A stretch of 64,000 bases of DNA from Eledone cirrhosa. Lineage: Eukaryota. Below, piece by piece: positions 54,510 through 64,000 of the stretch. The position numbers were made by a program, and so were the translations under genes. Position 1 is the stretch's first letter. The number at the start of each line of letters is the position of its first letter. The notes beneath the pieces were generated by a model. That model saw nothing but the letters and a program-made list of their open reading frames with translations. It was not told the DNA's origin and ran no database searches. Location: positions 33,790,001 to 33,854,000 of the forward strand of contig OZ024741.1 in the NCBI GenBank assembly GCA_964016885.1, read 5' to 3'.

Positions 54510-56410
54510 AAAGTATCATGAAAGTTGAAGCACCACAAAGATCAATTACAAAAAAGATAGTTGGCATGACAGGCCTTGACTATTGGGGTCGATTAGAAAA
54601 GCTCAAACTTTATTCTCTTTAACGTCACCGTGAGCGCTACATTATCTGTATGATGTGGAAAATATTCCATCAGCTTAGCCCAAATGATGTTGGCATCACC
54701 TTTAGTGTACACCCAAGGCTTGGGCCCCGTGCTATCCGCCCACGACAAAAATCCCACTCGTATCACATAACAACAATACGGCACAATTATTTCACCTCAA
54801 TTGGCCCTGCACTCTTTAACATTACACCAAAACACATCAAAGCAGAGACAGACCCCATCAAGTTCAAGAAGTCTTTGGATAAATTCCTTCAAGAAATCCC
54901 AGATAAACCTCCTACACCCAGATATGCCTCAGTAAACAATAACTCTCTGCTCGAGTGGGCCATTGTGCCCAAACACTGATTTATGTGTTTTGGTGTAATG
55001 TTAAAGAGTGCAGGGCCAATTGAGGTGAAATAATTGTGCCGTATTGTTGTTATGTGATGCGAGTGGGATTTTTGTCGTGGGCGGATAGCACGGGGCCTAA
55101 GCCTTGGGTGTACACTAAAGGTGATGCCAACATCATTTGGGCTAAGCTGATGGAATATTTTCCACATCATACAGATAATGTAGCGCTCACGGCGACGTTG
55201 AAGAGAATAGAGGTTGAGCTTTTCTAATCGACTCCAATAGTCAAGGCCTGTCATGCCAACTATCTTTTTTGTAATTGACCTTTGTAGTGCTTCAACTTTC
55301 ATGATACTTTGTTTCGTGTGGGATTACCACAGTGGACAACAGTATTCAAGGTGGGGTCAGGCAAAAGTGGAGAAGAGAAGGACAACAGTGTGGATATCTC
55401 TCGACTGGAAAGTTCTGAGAATCCAGGAACACATTCTGCGGGCCATATCAACTTTGCTGTTTATATGAGTGGCCCAGCTTATATTGTTGTCCACAATTAC
55501 TCCCAGGTCTCTGATGTTATTGGAAGCCACTAGAGTTTCACCCGAAGGAAGAGAGTATGGTAGTTTCAGGGCATCCTTTTTTCCAAAGTGGATTAGTTCA
55601 AATTTATCCTCATTCAACAGCATATTATTCATCTCTGCCCATTGGATAACAGCCAGTAGGTCTGACTGAAGGCAAGTCAGGCCACCCACCTCATTGATGA
55701 CCCTTTGGAGCTTGGAATGATCTGCGAAGATTCTGATGTTACTGTGTTTGATGATGTCAGTAATGTCATTAATGTAGATGATGAAAAGAAATGGGCCCAA
55801 CACAATGTCTTGTGCAGGGCTTGATTTTACTCCTTCGACTACAACATACTGGGTTCTGCCTGTCAGGAAACATTTGATCCACTGTAGTAATCTTCCAGAG
55901 ACACCAACATTGGATAGTTTTTTCAGTAGAATCTTATGATCAACCCTGTCGAAGGCCTTGCTGAAATCAAGGTAGATGACATCAGTGTTGGAGCCCTCTC
56001 CCAAGGCTCTCAAAACATCGTCAAAGTGATGCAGGAGCAGCGTTAGGCAGTCCCTTCCATTACGGAACCCATGTTGGTTGGAGTTCAGCAGGCCATTGCT
56101 TTCAAGAAAGTGGGTTATTCGTGATCTCACCACCCTCTCAAATACCTTGATAATATGAGAGGTGAGTGAAATCGGACGGTAGTTCACTGCACGGGACTTA
56201 TTTCTCTTTTTGAAGACTGGGACAACGGACTGGGACAGAAAGTTTTCAGGAATATAGCCAGTGTCCAGTGAGTTCCTCCACAGATTAGCAAGAGGAGTTG
56301 CCAGTTGGTGTCAACACACCTTCAGGACACAAGCAGGGAACCTGTCGGGGCCTACTGCTGAATTGTGTTTAATTTCGTTTATTGCCGCTAAAACAGAATG
56401 TATGAGCAAG
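54507..56410 (-). mobile_element. CR1-clade LINE RT (minus strand 54980-56410) with inverted 3' segment (plus strand 54507-54979)
   Basis: NYRPISLTSHIIKVFE, QHGFRNGR, YLDFSKAFDRVDH, IFADHSKL, YWSRLEKLNLYSLQRRRER, FKKSLDKFL..IPD. Confidence 0.9.
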
Positions 56411-58089
56411 ATGTGGTTACCTGACCTATCTAGCCTCATAATGTGACAACCCATACAAGGAGTAGAAACAATGATATCATTAGAGAGGTATGTCATAGTA
56501 TATGTCTGGAGAATTTTGCAAAACCTGGCACCAAATATGACCAAATAATCTTCTACAACGACAAATGACAAATGACAAATGAAAAGGAAATTGTATACAA
56601 ACCCTCCACTGAATACTAGTTGCTCATAAAATGGAATGAATCTTCATCAGGTTTGACAATGAGTGTTCCAGTTGTTTGATCAATGGAACAGCCGGCTTAT
56701 GAAATTATTATGTAAGTAGCTGAGTATTCCTCAGACACGTGTACTCTTAATTCTCAAGGAAATTCAGCACGACACAGAATGTGACATGGCCGACCTTTTG
56801 AATTACAGTTGCAGTCCATCTGCTAGGCTTCCAAGCAGTTTCTGTCTACCCAGTTCCACTCATAAGACATGGCTATGGAAAATGACACTTGACCAAGGTG
56901 CCATGCAGTGGGATTTAACCTTGGCCCTAACGACTATGAAGTGAATTTCTTAACCATTCTCACATTCCAAATCAGAGATCAAAATCTCTTTAACACACTA
57001 AAAGTTGACATATACTTTGAAATTCTTCTAGATTTACTTGCTGTAGATGGCTATGTAGAATTCTAAGCTGAAAACAATGTTTCTTTGATAAAGTTGATTT
57101 AAAAATTTAAAACTGAGTCCAATCTTTGGAAAATTCTAATAGAAATCAGAAAATCAGAACTTTAAGAAATAAAGAAATAGAAGTAGGATAATTCATATGA
57201 AAAGAATTTATATAATAAGGAGTTGATAGACCCAGCATATTTAGCAATGCCAGTACTGGTTGTATCTCAGCGTACTCAATAGGCAATGTAAGATACATTC
57301 CCAGAGTATACACATAGTTATTCGCTTCAATACAACACACGTAAGACGCGTGCCTATAATAGTTCCCGGACTCGAGTTTCTGCCGCACTAATGCAGCATT
57401 AAGGTGTATTGCACATCCGTCTGCATATTTATGCAACAATGCACAATCGGCTTATGCGGCTTCATCAGCGGTTATCGCCTAATCAATAACCAATCGATCG
57501 ACAGAATCCAAACCGCAGCCCATGCCGGTCATGACATATATATATATATAAATATATAAATATATATATACATATACATATATATAATGTGGTTAGGAAG
57601 GGCATCCAACCGTAGAAAACCTGCCAGATAGTCCTATATGAGCGAGACACGGTCACTCGACCAATCTTACCTCAAATGGGACAATTCCCGTCTAACCCAT
57701 GCTAGCACGGAAGATAGATGTTAAACGATGATATTGATGATGATGATGATATACATATAAATATATATATATATGAGTCCTGGGTTCAATCAGAGGTAAC
57801 CACAATAAGTAAGGTACTCAATACATTAGTAGAGTGTATACAACAACATTTAATATAGGAATGGCTTCTACAGGAATAGAACTGTTTCATTTGAAGGAAA
57901 TCATCAGGAAAAGTTCATAGGTTGACCAAGATACTCTCATAGAATGACCAAATGAGGTTTATTTTTCAACATAATCCCTGGAAAGAAACAGTACAGTTAT
58001 TAATAAGAATAGTTGATATTAATGCATGTAAGATTTCACAGCTCTAGCATCACTCCTTCACAATCAGCCTATGAACTTTTCATCCTACA

Positions 58090-58126
<37 letters not shown>

Positions 58127-58268
58127 TTAGGTTTGTTGGTTCACTACTGGATAGAACTGGTCATTCCGTATAGTCAACCTTGATGTAATATTAGGGAGAG
58201 CATTTGACGTAATGCAACTCACCCGTCTTTGTTTGTGTTCTTGTTGGTAGTGCAAGTACAGAGTTAAT

Positions 58269-58674
58269 TATTATAAAATAACAGGAGTCTGGACTGGTGT
58301 AATTCCTTAAAGGTTTATTATACTATGAACATTTCAATGACCGGGTTCAGTATGAATCCGGTGACATCATCAGGTATTCCGAAATTTAACAAAGGAATAT
58401 AATAGACACAATCCAAGGGGCTGAAAAGCAGAGAGATACGCAAGACGAGAAGGCGGCCAAAAAATTAGCAGTTGCCACTTAAAGGCGGCCACCTGGATTG
58501 GCAACTGCTAATTTTTTGGCCGCCTTCTCATCTTGGGCATCTCTCTGCTTTTCAGCTCCTTGGATTGTGTCTATTATATTCCTTTGTTAAATTTCGGAAT
58601 ACCTGATGATGATGTCACCAGATTCATACTGAACCCAGAATTACACCAGTCCAGCCTCCTGTTATTTTATAATT
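58269..58674. repeat. ~400-bp fold-back palindrome with an HHR in the left arm
   Basis: Arms 58269-58477 and 58499-58674 are reverse complements; the right arm lacks the segment equivalent to about 58296-58341. Confidence 0.9.
58320..58377 (-). ncRNA. Type I hammerhead ribozyme
   Basis: Minus strand atac-CTGATGA-tgtcaccggattcatactgaacccggtcatt-GAAA-tgttca-TA-gtat, followed by AATAAA. Confidence 0.75.
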
Positions 58675-59097
58675 ATATATATATTATATATACATATACA
58701 AACATGAGGGTTGGTTGAAAATTTCATAGACTGACCAAGATACTCTCATGGAATGACCAAATGAAGTTTATCTTTCAACATAGTCTCTGGAAAAAAAGAC
58801 CCAGGTTAATCCTGATTCAGAAGACATCTGATAAAATCTGAATCTGTGACACCATAAGAATGCTATCTTTTGGTCAAACATAGTAGATATGTGACGTCAT
58901 TACAATAGTCTTTTGGTCAAACATAGTAGATGTGTGATGTCATTACAATAGTCTTTTGGTCAAACATAGTAGATGTGTGACTGCATTATCTGATGTCTCC
59001 TTTTGCCTTCCATCCTTACGGGGTCAATAAAATAAAGTACCAGTAATGCACTGAGATAATTGCAAAAATAGAAACAATTATTTAATGTATCATTCCC

Positions 59098-59130
<33 letters not shown>

Positions 59131-59356
59131 ATAGACTTATATCATCCCTGATCCTACAGACCTATGATCAGATGTGTTCCATCTTCTATTGAAACACAGT
59201 ATATCTAGGACTACATTGGATAATGTAGTCCTAGAAGTGATAGACACAGTGAGAACCTCTGTTATTACAGGACAGTTTGATCAGGTCTGACCTAGGGCTA
59301 AACAACAACTACAACAAAACAATCTATCTTTCTATAGAAACCAATATCCAAAATTT

Positions 59357-59922
59357 AACACACACACACACACTCACACACACTCACACACACACATCCC
59401 CCCACACATTTACACCCCCACACACACTTACACACACTCACACACATACACACTCACACACTCACACACACACACACACTCACACACACACTCACACACA
59501 CTCACACACACACACACACACTTACACACACACTCAAACACATACACTCACACAGACACTCACACACACACATCCCCCCACACATTTACACCCCCCACAC
59601 ACACTTACACACACTCACACACATACACACTCACACACTCACACACACACACACTCACACACACACTCACACACACTCACACACACACATCCCCCCACAC
59701 ATTTACACCCCCCACACACACTTACACACACTCACACACATACACACTCACACACTCACACACACACACACTCACACACACACTCACACACACTCACACA
59801 CACACACACACTTACACACACACTCAAACACATACACTCACACACACACTCACACACACATACACTCACACACTCACACACTCTCACACACTCACACACA
59901 CACACACACTCACACGCACACT
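59357..59922. repeat. CA-rich tract with internal block duplications
   Basis: catcccccca cacatttacaccccc block recurs three times within (CA/CT)n. Confidence 0.9.
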
Positions 59923-60552
59923 GATAAAGCCTCCTTGTAGTAAAGTGCTGCCATGGTAACATATCCTGGTTGTTAATAGAGATCAGGCTGATAGCAATGT
60001 TTAGAACATCTGGAAGTCCAGAAATAACCAGTGACCAATCAAAACTTATGACTTGAACTGAGGTCAGAATAAGACTCTGCCCTGATTCTTAAATCTGGGA
60101 ATTTTGAATGACATACCGCCACAGCCCAATGATAGCATCAGAAATCAGAATCTATTTTAGTCCTGTTTTCAATAACATACAGCTATATATATAAAGAGAT
60201 ATGTACATATATATTATAAGTGTGTGTATGTGTGTGTATGTGTGTGTAATTATAGATATAGATATATAATTGTATTAATATATATATATATAATTGTATT
60301 AATATATATATATTGGCCGTGTAGGTAACACGGTAAAAACCTCCCAGTCCATACTGTAAACGTGGTTGGTGTTAGGAAGGGCATGCAGCCGTAGAAAACC
60401 CGCCAGACAGTCCTATACGAGCAAGACAACCAATCTTGCCTCAAGTGGGAAAATTCCCGTCCAAATCCATGCTAGCGTGGAAGATGGACGTTAAACGATG
60501 ATGATGATGATGATATTGGAAAATGTGTGAGATCCTTGGTACAGTTAGGTGT

Positions 60553-60683
60553 ATTTGAAAAAAAGGAAAAGAATGACTTCACTTGTAATTCTAAACAATT
60601 TGATTTAATTTTATAATGTTATAATATAAAATTAAATCAAATTGTTTAGAACTACAAGTGAAGTCATTCTTTTCCTTTTTTTC

Positions 60684-60687
<4 letters not shown>
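60553..60687. repeat. Near-perfect AT-rich palindrome
   Basis: atttgaaaaaaaggaaaagaatgacttcacttgta..taaacaatttgatttaattttata mirrored. Confidence 0.9.
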
Positions 60688-60747
<60 letters not shown>

Positions 60748-61462
60748 AACGTTAAAACCCTCTTCCTGCTATATCAAGCGTTAACCTAATATATCCCTTC
60801 CATATACTGTACCGATTGTGTTGTTATTCCTGTTTACCTTTTCATATATATATATATATATACATACATATATATATATACATACATATATATATAAAAA
60901 TGTGGGTAATATTAAATATTAAATATTATCCAATTACAAGTATGAGAGTAGTTCAATGTAAAATAACAAATATAATACTGATTTATACACCGATGATTCC
61001 GGACTTGTGCTTCAATGAAATGATTGTTAGTAATTAAATGTTCTTAAACACTCTTTGATTGTTATTTATAAAGTAAATGTTTGGACAAAGCTCGTTGAGG
61101 AAGTAAATTCCCGTCCGCTGGCATCTAGAAGTCTTATATATTTTTATGTGAGCTGATAGAGGACAGTTTAAGGATTTACAGAAACCCAAGAAGCTAGATT
61201 TACCATCTTTCTAGCGGGTCCGGGTATGCTTTTTACATTCATTTGATTTATTGATTTATTGATTTTTTATCTGAGTGTCCCGAATCTTCCAGATCGCAAT
61301 TTTTCGGTCGTATGGTTGATTATAGACTTGTTCTATGTGTGACGGTATTTTAACGATAGTTATAGCTCTGATTTATCTAAATTATTGAGCCCTCTGCCGC
61401 TCATATCGAATTTTGTTTATCGTGAACTCGTGCGCCGATTTTTCGATACTCGATTATTCTAC

Positions 61463-61567
<105 letters not shown>

Positions 61568-61609
61568 TACATATGTATATATGTTGTTGAGGAAAAGTGT
61601 GTTTGAAAT

Positions 61610-62205
61610 GATAGTGGAGAGTTGCCATCACTTCTGCTAAAAAGAAAGAGGCATGGAAGAACTATTAAGAGAGATTATTGAACAAAAGAAATGAATGGGA
61701 GAGAGAGGGCCTACTCCAAGTAGACCCAACTAAGGGATCAGCCATCAAAATTGACAGCAATATGGTAGACAAAAGGATTAAGGATATGAAGGCAGAAAAG
61801 GCTGCTGGACCTTCTGGTGAAGTTGGCAAGATGCTAAAAATATACAACATGGTTTGTCACAAGCTTGTCACACTCATAATCAATGAAGTAGTACAGGATG
61901 ATGTCCTACCCAATGACTGGCACAGTAGTAGCATTGGGAACAATGACAAAGGAGGCACACTAGAGTCAGGTAACTACAGAGGAGTCAAGGTAAGGCATCA
62001 GGTCAGGAAAGTTACTGAAATGATTATAAGTGCAATTGATTAGGGACAGGATTTAATTAGATGAGATGCAGTTCAGTTTTGATGCCAGGAAGAAGTACTA
62101 CTGATGCCCTCTTCTCATGAGACTACTGCAGAAATATTAGTTAAGAGCAAACCTCTGTATTTGGTGTTGATCTGGGGAGTGCTTTTGACAGAGTTCCCTA
62201 ATTTG
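61610..62205 (+). mobile_element. Degenerate RTE LINE fragment
   Basis: KAAGPSG..PNDWHSS..GNYRGVK; interrupted by the SINE at 62217. Confidence 0.75.
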
Positions 62206-62216
62206 TAATCTAATTT

Positions 62217-62600
62217 GTGGCTTAGTGGTTAGAGCATTGGGCTTGCAATCGGAAGGTTGTGAGTTCAATTCTCAGACCGGGTGATGTGTTGTTTCCTTGA
62301 GCAAGACACTTTATTTCACATTGCTCCAGTTTACTCAGCTGTAGAAATAAGATGATAGGACTGGGGTCCCTATCATTCCACTGCAAAGTGGTCGTGGAGG
62401 TGCCACAGCAAAAAAACACCCAGCCCACACTGTAAAGTGGACGTGTAGGTGCCACGGAAAAAAAAGCATCCAGCACTCACTGAAAGTGAGGTTGGTGTTA
62501 GGAAGGGCATCCAGCTGTAGAAATCAAGCCAGAATCAGTTCCCGTCCCACCCTTGCAAGCAGGGAAAAGCGGACGTAAAATGATGATGATGATGATGATG
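62217..62600 (+). mobile_element. Composite SINE (tRNA head, RTE tail, (ATG)n)
   Basis: A box tggcttagtgg, B box gttcaattc; tail ggttggtgttaggaagggcatccagctgtagaaatcaagccagaatcagttcccgt..ggacgtaaaatgatgatg. Confidence 0.85.
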
Positions 62601-62713
62601 AGTGATAAGCAAGTTAGGTGTAGATGAATGGCATGAGATGAAGCCTTGGGAAGATGAACCTTACAACAGAGATGACAAAGGACCATAAGTTGATCTTGAC
62701 TGGCGTTTGAACT

Positions 62714-62982
62714 CATAGTGCAGTGAGCTGGAACATAGAGTGCAGTGAGCTGGAACATAGAGTGGAGCAAGCTGGAACATAGAGTGCAGCAAGCTGGAAC
62801 ATAGAGTGCAGCAAGCTGGAACATAGAGTGCAGCGAGCTGGAACATAGAATGCAGCAAGCTGGAACATAGAGTGCAGCGAGCTGCAACATAGTGTGCAAC
62901 AAATTGGAACATAGAGTGCAGCAAGCTGGAACATAGAGTGCAGCAAGCTGGAACATAGAGTGCAGTGAGCTGGACCATAGAG
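62714..62982. repeat. 22-bp minisatellite, about 12 copies
   Basis: gcagcaagctggaacatagagt. Confidence 0.95.
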
Positions 62983-63348
62983 CAAAGCAATTAATCCAAT
63001 GTCCCCCTAGCAACTCAACCAAATCAACACCATAACATTGGTGAAATGAAGCATAAAATTGAACATCTATTTGATTTGATACAAATAAAATGATTCTGGA
63101 AGAATTTTGTTTTGACAATGAATTAAAATGGTAGATATCAGTACTTCATGTTTACAAACAACTGATGTGAAAGCAGTCAAGTATATTCAACATTTATTTT
63201 TACCATTTCAAAGCACCAAACACTATCAAAAATCATGTTTTCATGTATTTTTATCTTGCCTATAATTGTCTGGTATAATTCATTCTTCAATAAAAAAAAA
63301 ATATTTGGGAAAAGATTGTTTTGAATCAAACAGTGAATGTTTTCATAA

Positions 63349-63504
63349 GGGGACACTTTCGTGGGGGACAGTCTCATGAGGGGACAGTTTCATGAGGGTA
63401 CAGTTTCATGAGGCAACAGTTTCATGAGGGGACAGTTTCATGAGGAGACAGTTTCACAAGGGGACAGTTTGATAAGGGGACAGTTTCATGAGGGGACAGT
63501 TTCA
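63349..63504. repeat. 16-bp minisatellite, about 9-10 copies
   Basis: ggggacagtttcatga. Confidence 0.9.
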
Positions 63505-63569
63505 AATTTGAATGTGGGCAAAATATCAACCATGGTACCACTACCATAGAATTTTCTTTGTTTTGCAGT

Positions 63570-64000
63570 GTTGTGGGATGTAGTATATTGTGGTGTAGTC
63601 CAGTGGAATGCAGTGTAGTGTAGTGCAGTGACGTGTGGTGTAGTGCAGTGTAGTGTAGTGCAGTGATGTGTGGTGTAGTGCAGTGTAGTGAAGTGATGTG
63701 ATGTAGTGCAGTGTAGTGTAGTGTAGTGATGTGTGGTGTAGTGTATTATAGTGTAGTGTAATGTAATGTAGTGTAGTGATGTAGTGTAGTGTGGTGTAGT
63801 GTTATGTAATGTAGTGCAGTGTAGTGTGGTGTCGGTTGATGTGATGTGATGTAGTGCAGTGTAGTGTGGTGTAGTGTTATGTAATGTATTTTAGTGTAGT
63901 GTGGTGTAGTGTAATGTGATGTAGTGCAGTCTAGTGTGGTGTAGTGTTATGTAATGTAATGCAGCGTAGTGTAATGTTATATGATGTGATGTAGTGTAGT
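63570..64000. repeat. Degenerate (GTGTA)n pentamer satellite
   Basis: Direct reading. Confidence 0.9.

Noticed and set aside
57364-57398. Minus-strand HHR half (stem II, GAAA, ctcgag, UC)
   Set aside because: The CUGANGA strand is missing, so it is incomplete; the same applies to remnants at about 190-230, 2205-2250 and 19393-19455.
62217-62285. tRNA gene
   Set aside because: A and B boxes are present but there is no complete cloverleaf, and the sequence continues into a SINE body.

Overview
AT-rich, microsatellite-saturated animal genomic DNA. The repeat landscape suggests a cephalopod or other mollusc, but that is inference only. One host gene fragment is visible: three + strand exons (9507-9658, 12119-12254, 14999-15276) that splice in frame into the membrane-proximal Ig domain, TM helix and 13-aa tail of a kinase-less FGFR-like receptor. 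The rest is mostly decayed mobile DNA: Penelope-like elements (PLE; RT plus GIY-YIG), RTE, CR1, R4/Dong-like and CRE-like LINEs, tRNA-derived SINEs, non-autonomous Helitrons, MITEs and mini/microsatellites. The most striking signal not shown by the ORF track is a dense set of type I hammerhead ribozyme (HHR) motifs. At least 11 have a complete CUGANGA...GAAA...UH core and closing stems. They come from several sequence-unrelated families, and many sit inside fold-back palindromes, including one ~290-bp hairpin carrying an HHR with an unusually long stem II on each strand. All calls were made by eye; no searches or folding were run.
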